Shown here: one piece after another, positions 20,992-29,887 of the stretch | Position numbering within the stretch: position 1 is the stretch's first letter | Layout of the letters: each line of letters starts with the position of its first letter | Source of the DNA: Sphingomonadales bacterium | GTDB taxonomy: Bacteria; Pseudomonadota; Alphaproteobacteria; Sphingomonadales; Sphingomonadaceae | Length of the DNA: 32,000 nucleotides | Direction of reading: 5' to 3' | Assembly: GCA_027490095.1 (NCBI GenBank) | Contig: JAIXYT010000038.1 | Location: forward strand, 77,517 to 109,516 | Notes under the pieces: generated by a model | What the model was told of the DNA's origin: nothing | The model's database searches: none | What the model saw: only the letters and a program-made list of their open reading frames with translations | Program-made: the position numbers and the translations under genes

Positions 20992-21050
20992 CGCTGAAGA
21001 CACGGGGCCGCGCCGTTTGCCCGGCCCCCATGGAAAGGCAGTTTCCCTAG

Positions 21051-21593
21051 ATGAGCGAGAGTTTGACCTGGCACGGCACGACCATCCTTGGCGTGCGCAA
21101 GGATGGCCGGGTGGTGGTGGCCGGCGATGGGCAGGTGAGCCTGGGCCAGACCGTGATCAAGCCCAACGCGAAGAAGGTCCGCCGGCTGGGTGCGGACGGC
21201 CGGGTGGTGGGCGGCTTTGCCGGTTCGACCGCCGACGCCTTCACCCTGTTCGAGCGGCTGGAGGCGAAGCTGGAGCGCTATCCCGGCCAGCTGACGCGCG
21301 CCTGCGTGGAGCTGGCGAAGGACTGGCGGCAGGACCGGTATCTCAGGCGGCTGGAGGCGATGATGATCGTGGCCGACGCCGAGACCATGCTGATCCTGAC
21401 CGGCACCGGGGATGTGCTGGAGCCGACCGACGGGGTCGCCGCAATCGGCTCGGGCGGCAATTATGCGCTGGCGGCCGCCCGGGCGCTGATCGACACCGAT
21501 GCCGACGCGGAAGCCATTGCCCGCAAGGCGATGGGGATCGCGGCCGACATCTGCGTCTACACCAACACCAATCTGACCGTGGAAACCCTGTGA
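21051..21593 (+). CDS. hslV: ATP-dependent protease subunit HslV
   Basis: 180 aa. The catalytic Thr follows [27 protein letters not shown], with [10 protein letters not shown] and [14 protein letters not shown]. Confidence 0.97.
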   Translation: MSESLTWHGTTILGVRKDGRVVVAGDGQVSLGQTVIKPNAKKVRRLGADGRVVGGFAGSTADAFTLFERLEAKLERYPGQLTRACVELAKDWRQDRYLRRLEAMMIVADAETMLILTGTGDVLEPTDGVAAIGSGGNYALAAARALIDTDADAEAIARKAMGIAADICVYTNTNLTVETL

Positions 21594-22924
21594 TGGATGC
21601 TGTGACAAACCCTGTGCCCGGTGGCTTCGACACCCTGACGCCCAAGGCCATCGTGGCCGCACTGGACCGCCACATCGTCGGGCAGACCGATGCCAAGAAG
21701 GCGGTTGCCGTGGCGCTGAGGAACCGCTGGCGGCGCCAGCAGCTGGCGCCTGAGCTGCGCGACGAGGTGAACCCGAAGAACATCCTGATGATCGGGCCGA
21801 CGGGCTGCGGGAAGACGGAGATCAGCCGGCGGCTGGCGAAGCTGGCGGACGCGCCCTTCCTGAAGATCGAGGCGACCAAGTTCACCGAAGTCGGCTATGT
21901 CGGCCGCGACGTGGATTCGATCATCCGCGACCTGGTCGAGGAATCGATCCGCCTGACCCGCGAGCTGCGCCGCGAAAGCGTGCGCGAGGCCGCCGAGAAG
22001 GCCGCGCTCGACCGGCTGCTCGACGCGCTGGTGGGCAAGGATTCGAGCGAGGCGACGCGCCTGGCCTTTCGCGACCGCATCTTTGCGGGTCAGCTGAAAG
22101 GCAGGGAGGTCGACATCGAGGTGGAGGACACGGGCGGCCAGATGCCGTTCGAGGTGCCCGGCATGCCCGGAAGCATGCAGATGATCAACCTGGGCGACAT
22201 GCTGAAGGGCGCGATGGGCAAGCGGATGAAGCGCCGCAAGATGCCCGTGGAGGACGCCTGGGAGCTGCTGGTGAACGAGGAGAGCGACAAGAGGCTCGAC
22301 ACCGATGACCTGACGCGCGAGGCGGTGAAGAACGCCGAGGCCAACGGCATCGTGTTCCTGGACGAGATCGACAAGATCGCCGTCTCGGATGTGCGGGGCG
22401 GCAGCGTTTCGCGTGAGGGCGTGCAGCGCGACCTGCTGCCGCTGATCGAGGGCACGACGGTTGCGACCAAATATGGCCCGGTGAAGACCGACCATATCCT
22501 CTTCATCGCGTCGGGCGCCTTCCATGTGGCGAAGCCCGCCGACCTGCTGCCGGAGCTGCAGGGGCGGCTGCCGATCCGCGTGGAGCTGAAGGGGCTGTCG
22601 AAGGCCGACTTCATCCGCATCCTGTCCGACACCGAGGCCTCGCTGACGCGGCAGTATATCGCGCTGATGGCGACCGAGGGGGTGGAGTTGTCTTTCACGG
22701 AGGACGGGATCGCGGCGGTCGCCGACATTGCGGCGCAGGTGAACGACCGGGTGGAGAATATCGGCGCGCGGCGGCTGCAGACGGTGATGGAGAAGCTGCT
22801 GGAGGAGCTGAGCTACGAGGCGGCCGATGGCGGCCCGCGGGCGCTGGTGGTGGATGCGGCCTATGTGGAAAAGCAGCTCGCCGCGATCGCGCGGGACAAC
22901 GACCTGTCGAAGTTCATCCTGTAG
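21593..22924 (+). CDS. hslU: ATP-dependent protease ATPase subunit HslU
   Basis: 443 aa. The ATG overlaps the hslV TGA (TGATG). [17 protein letters not shown], Walker [11 protein letters not shown], and [10 protein letters not shown]. The longer ORF from 20942 is an artefactual extension. Confidence 0.97.
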   Translation: MDAVTNPVPGGFDTLTPKAIVAALDRHIVGQTDAKKAVAVALRNRWRRQQLAPELRDEVNPKNILMIGPTGCGKTEISRRLAKLADAPFLKIEATKFTEVGYVGRDVDSIIRDLVEESIRLTRELRRESVREAAEKAALDRLLDALVGKDSSEATRLAFRDRIFAGQLKGREVDIEVEDTGGQMPFEVPGMPGSMQMINLGDMLKGAMGKRMKRRKMPVEDAWELLVNEESDKRLDTDDLTREAVKNAEANGIVFLDEIDKIAVSDVRGGSVSREGVQRDLLPLIEGTTVATKYGPVKTDHILFIASGAFHVAKPADLLPELQGRLPIRVELKGLSKADFIRILSDTEASLTRQYIALMATEGVELSFTEDGIAAVADIAAQVNDRVENIGARRLQTVMEKLLEELSYEAADGGPRALVVDAAYVEKQLAAIARDNDLSKFIL

Positions 22925-22941
22925 AGCCGGCGCGGCGGGGC

Positions 22942-24372
22942 CTATTCCGCCGCCGCCCGGAGCGCCGGCGTCTCGAGCGCCCAGCCGCCGTCGGGGAAGA
23001 AGCCGCTGCCCTTGTCGCTGGAGAGTGCCGCCCAGGCTTCGCGGACGATCGCCCGGTCGAGCTCGCGCGTTGCCTCGGTCAGCTCGGCATAGGGCTTGAG
23101 GTCTGGGTGGATGCGCCGGGCGTTGTCGCGCGCCGGGCCCGGCCGCCAGCCGGACAGGGTGCGGTCCATCATCCAGCGCCGATGTTCCAGCTCGGCGAGG
23201 CGTTCGAGCAGATCCGGGTCTGAATCGAGGCTGGGCAGCGGGATTCCGCCTGTCGCGCTGGTGGGCGGCAGCGGCCGCCGAAGCCAGGCTGCGACGTCGA
23301 CTCCGGCGCTTGCGAGCTTGGCCGGCAGGTGCACGAGCTGGCGGCGGTTGGATTCGCGGAACTCCTCGGGCAGCCGCTCCCATTCGATGTTGGCGGGCGC
23401 GTCGGAGGGAGCTGTTCGCCGATAGGCCTCGTGGAACATCTGCGGCAGTGCATCGAAGTCCGGATCGAAGAGCCCGATTGCGGCCGCGAAGTCGGCGGTT
23501 GCGCCGAACTGCACAAGGCCTGCGACCTCGCCGTCCCTGGGCGCCTCGGGAAGCGCGCCGCCATGCACCAGCCGGGTGAAGATGGGGCCCATGGCCCAGC
23601 CTTCGCGGCGTGCGACGGCTTGCAGGGAGACTGCGAGCGCCATCGCCCTCAGGTCCTCGTCGATTGCGACATAGGCGAGCGTGAAGGGGTCTTCGGACTG
23701 GGCCAGCGCGAGCGCGTTCGTGGGCAGCAGCCGCACATCGGACACAAGCTCCGGGTCGATCAACTCGATGTCGACGGTTTCGGAGAGGCCGGGGCAGCGC
23801 TGGAACAGGCTGGCCCGGATCTCGCGGGCGCGCGGATCCACGATCGTCACCCGCGGCTTGCCGAGGAAGCTGGTGAGCGAGGAGAGCAGCAGGTCGGTCA
23901 GCACCGCCTCGCCGCCGCGGCCCAGCCCGAAGATCAGCGCATGGAGCCGCCGATGCCCGAGCCGGCGGGCGATGAGGAAGGGCGGAATGCGCCAGTGCAG
24001 CGCCCGGACCGACAGCTGGACCTGGCTGACGAAGCGGACGCCCTGGATATTCTCCAGCTCGTCCATCCGCTCGGCGAACCAGGCGTCGGCGAAGTTCATG
24101 ACGATCGGCAGCCGCGGCGACACCGCCCTGAGCGCGCGGACGGCGGCGACCTGCTGCACCTCGTTGCGGAAGGCGACGACCGCACGCGCGGCATGGTTCG
24201 CGGCGAAGCTTGTCGCAAGCGAAGGTTCCCACCGCTTGGGCACGATCAGCGCGCCCGGGATCGGCAGGGCCTCTTCCTCGGCATTGGAGATCCAGGTGAC
24301 GGTTGCCGCGCGGGCGGCGGCGGCCTCGGTCACGCCCCGGGCGACGCCATGGTCGCCGACCACCAGCAGATG
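22942..24372 (-). repeat. diverged direct repeat, copy A (paralogous coding DNA shared with 28481..29887)
   Basis: Residues 117-592 of paralogue A align collinearly with residues 25-492 of paralogue B. By hand count, 113 of 163 residues are identical over the C-terminal block. Nucleotide similarity is visible (for example GGGAAGAAGCCGCTGCC.., GATCGCCCGGTCGAGCTCGCG, CCAGCGNCGATGTTCCAGCTCGGC). Confidence 0.85.
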
Positions 24373-24720
24373 CCCGCGCCGATAGCGGCCGAACATCCGG
24401 CTGGCGTGGGTGGACAGGAGGGCGAGCACGGCCTTGGTCGCGGCCACCACGAAGGCGATCGCGCCCAGCACGCGGGCCGTATCGATCCGCCAGTCCTGGT
24501 TGTACCGTTCGGAGAAGGCATAGAGGTTGGACAGCGTGACCGCGTGCAGCGAATGGTAGAGCACGTCGAGCCAGGTGAGGTTCAGCGCCGCGGCCTGGGC
24601 ATGCCAGCCCCAGATCGCGAAGCCGATCGCGGCGATCGCAAGCGTCGGCAACAGCACAGTCAGGTTCAGGAATCGCCGCATGCCCTCGACTGCTTCCTTC
24701 AGGGTGAACGGCTGCCCCAT
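22942..24720 (-). CDS. membrane protein: 2-TM channel-like module, two RCK-N/TrkA-N-like Rossmann domains and C-terminal RyR-type repeats (paralogue A)
   Basis: 592 aa. Residues 1-110 read TM, then WLDVLYHSLHAVTLSNLY, then TM. Rossmann 1 is HLLVVGDHGVARG (degenerate) and Rossmann 2 is LHALIFGLGRGGEAVL (intact GxGxxG). The C-terminal LAELEHRRWMMDRTLSGWRPGPARDNARRIHPDLKPYAELTEATRELDRAIVREAW matches the RyR-domain signature. It lies 61 bp downstream of the SLC13 gene on the same strand. Confidence 0.8.
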   Translation of the reverse strand: MGQPFTLKEAVEGMRRFLNLTVLLPTLAIAAIGFAIWGWHAQAAALNLTWLDVLYHSLHAVTLSNLYAFSERYNQDWRIDTARVLGAIAFVVAATKAVLALLSTHASRMFGRYRRGHLLVVGDHGVARGVTEAAAARAATVTWISNAEEEALPIPGALIVPKRWEPSLATSFAANHAARAVVAFRNEVQQVAAVRALRAVSPRLPIVMNFADAWFAERMDELENIQGVRFVSQVQLSVRALHWRIPPFLIARRLGHRRLHALIFGLGRGGEAVLTDLLLSSLTSFLGKPRVTIVDPRAREIRASLFQRCPGLSETVDIELIDPELVSDVRLLPTNALALAQSEDPFTLAYVAIDEDLRAMALAVSLQAVARREGWAMGPIFTRLVHGGALPEAPRDGEVAGLVQFGATADFAAAIGLFDPDFDALPQMFHEAYRRTAPSDAPANIEWERLPEEFRESNRRQLVHLPAKLASAGVDVAAWLRRPLPPTSATGGIPLPSLDSDPDLLERLAELEHRRWMMDRTLSGWRPGPARDNARRIHPDLKPYAELTEATRELDRAIVREAWAALSSDKGSGFFPDGGWALETPALRAAAE

Positions 24721-24781
24721 GCCCGACCTGCCGCCCCAATGGCCACAGGAAAAGCGGTCGCGCCGGTCGGACTGCCCGGGC

Positions 24782-26593
24782 CTAGAAGGGCCAGACCACC
24801 GGCACCCAGAAGACGCTGACCACGAAGAACATCGCCATCATGCAGATGCCGAGCTTCCAGTAGTCGCTGAACTTGTAGCCGCCCGGGCCCATGACCATCA
24901 GGTTCACCGGCGTTGCGATGGGCGTGAGGAAGGCGGCTGCGCAGGCGACGTTCACGCTCATCAGCACGGGCGTCACGTTCACGCCCATGGTGCCGGCCGC
25001 GAGCACGGCCACCGGGATCACGATGAGGGCGGTCGCGGTGTTGGAGATCACCTGGCCGAGCACGGCGGAAATCACGAACAGCCCGATCAGCAGCGCGCGC
25101 GGGCTGTTGTCGCCCAGGAGCTCAACCAGATTGTCGGCGAGAAGCTGGGCAGCGCCCGTCTGGAACATGGCGGTCGACAGCGGCATCATGGCGCCGACCA
25201 GGATGATCGTCGTCCAGTTGATCGCGCGGTAGGCCTCTTCCACCTTCAAGAGGCCCGTCAGGATCACGGCGCCCGCTGCGATCAGGCCGGCGATGGCGGG
25301 CTGCACCAGGTTGAAGGCCAGCATCGCAACCATGCCCAGGAGGATCAGGATGGCGGCCTTCGCGCCCAGCCCCAGCGGGACGGCCTGCTTGCGCACGACG
25401 GCCGGGCTGTCCACCACCAGCACCGCGGGATCCGCGAGGTGGGTTTCGAGCGCCTGCCAGCTGCCCTGCATCAGAAGCGTGTCGCCGGCCGCGAGCTTGT
25501 GGCTGCCGGGCCCCAGCGCCTCGCCTGCGCGTTCCACGGCCAGCACGACAAGGTCTCCGGAAGCGGCGGTCATCCCCGGGAAGGCGGTCTCTCCCACCAG
25601 CCGTGAGCGCGGCGGGATCACCACCTCGGCGAGGCCCGAATTGCGGTTGAACAGCGTGTCCCCGATGTCGCCATCGCCGCTGCCGAGCACGGCGAGATCG
25701 TGGCGCTCGGCAAAGGCCGCGACCATGTCAGCCGGCCCCGATACGATCAGGGAATGGCCGGGCGCTAGCGGGGTATCCGCCGCCACTGCCTCGCCCGCAT
25801 CGGTCTTGCCGCGCGCCAGCACCAGGCCGGGATAGGCCGACGTGTCGATATCTGCCGCTGTCTTGCCGACGCAGGCCGAGCCCTCGCGCAGCTTCAGCTG
25901 GAACCAGCGACCGCTCAGTCGATACTGCTCTGTCAGCGTGCGCGCGTGGGCGGAGAAGTCCGCCGGCAGCGACGGCCCCTGGGTGTAGGGCAGCAGCCTG
26001 GGCCCGAGAAAGTAGACGATGGCGATCCCGCCGATGACCAGCGGAAGGCCCGACCAGGCGAATTCGAAGAAGCCGAACGGCTCGCCGCCCGCATCCTGGA
26101 GCGCATCGTTCACGATGACGGCGATCGGGGTGCCCGAGAGGGTGAGCTTGGAGCCCGTGTGGGCCCCGAAGGCAAGCGGCATCAGCAGCTGGGAGGGCGC
26201 CGTGCCGGTGCGGATGGCCAGCACCACGACCACGGGCAGCAGCGCTGCGACCGCGCCGTTCACGCTGATGAGGGCGGTGAGCACGGCGACCATCAGCATC
26301 ATCAGCACCAGAAGCCTGCCGCGCCCTTCATCGCCGGCCCAGTCGATCAGCTTCTGCCCGGCCCAGGCGGTCACGCCCGCCGCCTCGAGGCCTGCCGACA
26401 CCACGAACAGGCTGGCGATGAAGATGATGGTCGGGTCGCCGAAGCCCGAGAACACCTCCTGCAGGGACAGAACGCCGGTCAGGTAGAGTGCCAGCGGAAC
26501 GAGCAGTGCGACAATCACGACAGGGAGCCTGTTCTGCACGAACAGGATCACGGCGCCCACGATGATCAGGAAGACGATGGTGATGTCGCTCAA
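24782..26593 (-). CDS. SLC13/DASS-family permease with two central TrkA-C (RCK_C) domains
   Basis: 603 aa. N- and C-terminal polytopic halves typical of SLC13/CitT-like permeases. The central soluble region holds two RCK_C-like repeats (..WFQLKLREGSACVGKTAADI..GHSLIVSG.. and ..LAEVVIPPRSRLVGETAF..GDTLLMQG..). Confidence 0.9.
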   Translation of the reverse strand: MSDITIVFLIIVGAVILFVQNRLPVVIVALLVPLALYLTGVLSLQEVFSGFGDPTIIFIASLFVVSAGLEAAGVTAWAGQKLIDWAGDEGRGRLLVLMMLMVAVLTALISVNGAVAALLPVVVVLAIRTGTAPSQLLMPLAFGAHTGSKLTLSGTPIAVIVNDALQDAGGEPFGFFEFAWSGLPLVIGGIAIVYFLGPRLLPYTQGPSLPADFSAHARTLTEQYRLSGRWFQLKLREGSACVGKTAADIDTSAYPGLVLARGKTDAGEAVAADTPLAPGHSLIVSGPADMVAAFAERHDLAVLGSGDGDIGDTLFNRNSGLAEVVIPPRSRLVGETAFPGMTAASGDLVVLAVERAGEALGPGSHKLAAGDTLLMQGSWQALETHLADPAVLVVDSPAVVRKQAVPLGLGAKAAILILLGMVAMLAFNLVQPAIAGLIAAGAVILTGLLKVEEAYRAINWTTIILVGAMMPLSTAMFQTGAAQLLADNLVELLGDNSPRALLIGLFVISAVLGQVISNTATALIVIPVAVLAAGTMGVNVTPVLMSVNVACAAAFLTPIATPVNLMVMGPGGYKFSDYWKLGICMMAMFFVVSVFWVPVVWPF

Positions 26594-26664
26594 GCGGCAG
26601 GCTCCCCCCTCGGGTTTGGGGCACGCTGGGGCAAGCCGCCCCGCAAATCAACTGTGGCGGCCGG

Positions 26665-26693
26665 TTGACAGCAGGCGCGAAAGGGGCTGCTCT
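26665..26693 (+). promoter_or_regulatory. possible sigma-70-type promoter of the AbgT gene
   Basis: Perfect -35 TTGACA at 26665-26670. The -10 element 17 nt downstream is only weak (TGCTCT). The ORF-track TTG start coincides with this hexamer and is probably not a start codon. Confidence 0.3.
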
Positions 26694-26721
26694 GTGCTCC
26701 GGGAGAATTGGGGGAGAGCGA

Positions 26722-28284
26722 ATGGCGGAGGCCGAAAGCCCGCGAACCGGCATGGACCGCCTGCTCGACGTGATCGAGCGCGTGGGCAACAAGGTGCCGC
26801 ACCCGGCGGTGATCTTCCTGGTGATGATCGGCGTGGTGATCCTGGCTTCGGTCATCATGTCGGCGTTCGGCGCCGCGGTGACGCTGGAAACGGCCGGTGC
26901 CGACGGCGCGGTGACCCGGCAGGTGGTGGCGGTGCGCAGCCTGCTGTCGACCGAGGGCGTCCGCTTCATGCTGACGAGCTGGGTCGACAATTTCATGGCC
27001 TTCTCTGCGACCGGCATGATCCTCGTCGCGATGGTGGGGGTGGGCGTTGCCGAGCAGACCGGCCTTGTCGCGGCGCTCATTCGCAAGATCGTCGCCGTGA
27101 CGCCACCGTCGCTCATCACCTTCGTGATCGTGCTTCTGGGCGGGCTGTCCTCGGTTGCGGCGGACGCCGGCTATGTCGTCCTCATCCCGCTCGGCGCCAT
27201 GGCCTTCCTGAGTCTCGGCCGGCACCCGCTGGCGGGCATTGCGGCGGCCTTTGCCGGGGTGTCGGCGGTGTTCGGGGTGAATGTCCTCATCACCCCGCTG
27301 GATGGGGCGCTGACCGAGATCACCAACGACGCGATCGCGCTTGTCCGCCCCGGCACCACGCTCGACCTGACGGCGACCATGTGGTTTTCGACCGTCAGCC
27401 TGGTGCTGATGTCGGCGCTGTGTGCGTGGATCACCGAAAAGAAGGTGGAGCCGCACCTTGGCACCTATGATCCGGCCGACGCCGGCCCGGTTGCAGCTGC
27501 GGGCACGACTGCGGAGGACTGTGCGACGAAGCAGGCGCCCGAGGACGAGGCGCGCGGGCTTCGCTGGGCGTTGTGGGCGCTGATCGCGTTCATCGCCTTT
27601 GTGGTGGCGCTGAGCTGGGGCGAGGGCGCGGTGTTCCGCAACCCCGAGACGGGGTCGCTGATTTCCGACAGCCCGCTGATGAAGGGGCTGATCGTGCTGG
27701 TGGCCTTGCTGTTCCTGGCGGTGGGCGCAGCCTATGGCGCGGGCGCCGGCACGCTGAAGAGCGTGTCGGAGGCGATCGGCATGATCGACAAGGCCTTCAA
27801 GGGGATGGGTCCGCTGATCTTCCTGTTCCTGGTGATCGCCCAGTTCCTGGCCTTCTTCGGCTTCACGAACATTGCGACGGTGCTTGCGGTGAACATGGCC
27901 GACGCGCTGGTTGCGGCCAATCTGGGCTCCGTCACCCTGATCCTGGGCTTCGTGGCCGCTATCCTCGTGCTCGACATATTGATGCCGGGCGCCATTCCGA
28001 AATGGGCGATCTTCGCGCCCATCTTCATTCCGCTGTTCATCCAGCTGGGGAGCGACCCTGCGACGGTGCTTGCGGCCTATCGGGTGGCGGATTCGCCGAT
28101 GAACGTGATCACGCCGCTGATGGGCTATTTCCCGCTGATCGTGATCTTCTGCCAGCAATATGTGAAGGATGCGGGTGTCGGCACGGTGATTGCGATGATG
28201 CTGCCCTACACGCTGTGGCTGGTGCCGATCTGGACCGCGATCCTGGTGGGCTGGTACATGTTGCAGCTGCCCTGGGGGTTCTGA
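26722..28284 (+). CDS. AbgT-family transporter (p-aminobenzoyl-glutamate / MtrF-type)
   Basis: ATG at 26722 after GGGGGAGAG. The N-terminus LLDVIERVGNKVPHPAVIFLVMIG matches the AbgT signature (ERIGNKVPHP), and the protein is polytopic throughout. Confidence 0.9.
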   Translation: MAEAESPRTGMDRLLDVIERVGNKVPHPAVIFLVMIGVVILASVIMSAFGAAVTLETAGADGAVTRQVVAVRSLLSTEGVRFMLTSWVDNFMAFSATGMILVAMVGVGVAEQTGLVAALIRKIVAVTPPSLITFVIVLLGGLSSVAADAGYVVLIPLGAMAFLSLGRHPLAGIAAAFAGVSAVFGVNVLITPLDGALTEITNDAIALVRPGTTLDLTATMWFSTVSLVLMSALCAWITEKKVEPHLGTYDPADAGPVAAAGTTAEDCATKQAPEDEARGLRWALWALIAFIAFVVALSWGEGAVFRNPETGSLISDSPLMKGLIVLVALLFLAVGAAYGAGAGTLKSVSEAIGMIDKAFKGMGPLIFLFLVIAQFLAFFGFTNIATVLAVNMADALVAANLGSVTLILGFVAAILVLDILMPGAIPKWAIFAPIFIPLFIQLGSDPATVLAAYRVADSPMNVITPLMGYFPLIVIFCQQYVKDAGVGTVIAMMLPYTLWLVPIWTAILVGWYMLQLPWGF

Positions 28285-28383
28285 TGAAGGCGGCCGCCGT
28301 CAGTGCGCAGCGCTGATCGGCGGACTCGCCGCAATCACGGACGGCGGGGCGTCGGCCCGCAGGCCGGCGAACCCGTCCGACGA

Positions 28384-28420
28384 GTCCGGCTTGGCCGGAC
28401 CCCTCTTTCCTTCTGGTTTC
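28384..28420 (+). terminator. candidate intrinsic terminator downstream of the AbgT gene
   Basis: 7-bp stem GTCCGGC/GCCGGAC with loop TTG, followed by the pyrimidine-rich CCCTCTTTCCTTCTGGTTTC. Confidence 0.4.
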
Positions 28421-28480
28421 AGAACCAAGCGGAGAGGGCAGGCTTCGCCTGACCCCCGCGAATTTGGCCGACTTTCCCCC

Positions 28481-29887
28481 CTAGCCCTTCGCTACGCGCT
28501 GCATGGCCCCGCCGTGGGGGAAGAAGCCGCTGCCCCGCGATGTGCCGAGCGTTTCCCAGGCCTCGCGCACGATCGCCCGGTCGAGCTCGCGGGTGTATTC
28601 GTCGAGCGCTTCGTAGGGGACGAGGTCGGGGTGGTGGCGCGCGTCGTTGTCGCGCACCGGGCCGTAGTGCCAGCCTGAAAGGCGCCGATCGACCATCCAG
28701 CGGCGATGTTCCAGCTCGGCCATCGTTTCCATCAGCGCGGGGTCGGCCTCGAGGTCGGGCAGCGGGATGCCGCCGGCCTCGTTGGTCACCGGGAGGGGTG
28801 TCCGGAGCCAGGCGGCGAGGTCCACCTTGGCCGTCAGCAGCTTCGCCGGCAGGTGCACGAGGAGGCGCCGGTTGGATTCGCGAAACTCTTCCGAAAGCTC
28901 TTCCCAGGGGCAGTTCGCCGGCGTGCCGGGGCGGGCGGTTCGCCGGTACGTTTCGTGGAACATGCGGGCGAGCAGGTCGATGTCGGGGTCGAACAGGCCG
29001 ATCGCTTCGGCGAAGTCGGCATTGGCCCCGAACATCAGCAGCTCGGCCGGTTCGTCGGTGACGGGAAGGCGCGGCAACTCGCCGCCGCCGGCCTGGCGCA
29101 CGAAGACCGGGCCCATCTGCCAGCGCTCCCGCGTGGCCAGCGCGTGGAAGGCGCGGGCCAGCGCCAGCGCGCGGACGTCGGCGTCGATCGACACATGGGC
29201 GAAGGTGAAGGGGTCTTCGGCGGCTGCGGCGAGCAGTGCGTCTGCAGGGATATGGCGTGGATCGTCGACGTCGCCCGCCTCGACGAAATGGATTTCGGCG
29301 GATTGGCCGATTTCCGGACAGCGGCGGAGCAGGTCGTCGCGCACCTCGGCAGCGCGGCGGTCGACGATCGTGATGCGCGGGGTGTCGAGATAGCCGGTCA
29401 GGCCGCAGAGCAGCAGGTCGGTCAGGATGCAGTCGCCGCCCCGGCCGAAGCCGAAGAGCAGGGCGTGGATGCGCGCATGGCCGAGGTTGCGGGCGATGAG
29501 CGGCGGCGGGTTGCGCCAGTGGAGGTCGCGCACGGCGAGCTGCACCTGGCTGACGAAGCGGACGTTCGAAAGCCCCGCCGTCTCGTTGCCGCGATCGGCG
29601 AACCAGCTGTCGGTGAAATTCACCATGATCGGCAGGGACGGGGCCCTGGCGCGCAGCGCCTCGACCGCCGGGATCTGCCGGGTCTCGTCGGCGAAGGCGA
29701 CAATTGCGCGTGCCGCGGTTGCCGCATGGCCGGCGTGCTGTGCGCCCCAGGGGGCCGCCACCAGCTCGACCCCGGGCATGGGGTTTGCCACCCTGCCGTT
29801 GGTGATCCAGGTGACGGGGGCATTGCGGCGCGCGGCGGCGGCAACCACGCCATCGGCAAGTGGATGGTCGCCGACCACCAGCAGATG
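28481..29887 (-). repeat. diverged direct repeat, copy B (paralogous to 22942..24372)
   Basis: See copy A. Same orientation, with the two copies 5.5 kb apart. Confidence 0.85.

Noticed and set aside
20942-21592. N-terminal extensions of real genes suggested by the ORF track: hslU from 20942, MFS to 18174, GDYXXLXY to 21031, phhB to 6276, metallopeptidase from 5689, lipoprotein to 10200, SDR from 4113, and AbgT from 26665.
   Set aside because: The extensions overlap neighbouring genes or are Pro/Arg-rich. The family-typical N-termini begin at internal Met codons with plausible ribosome-binding sites.
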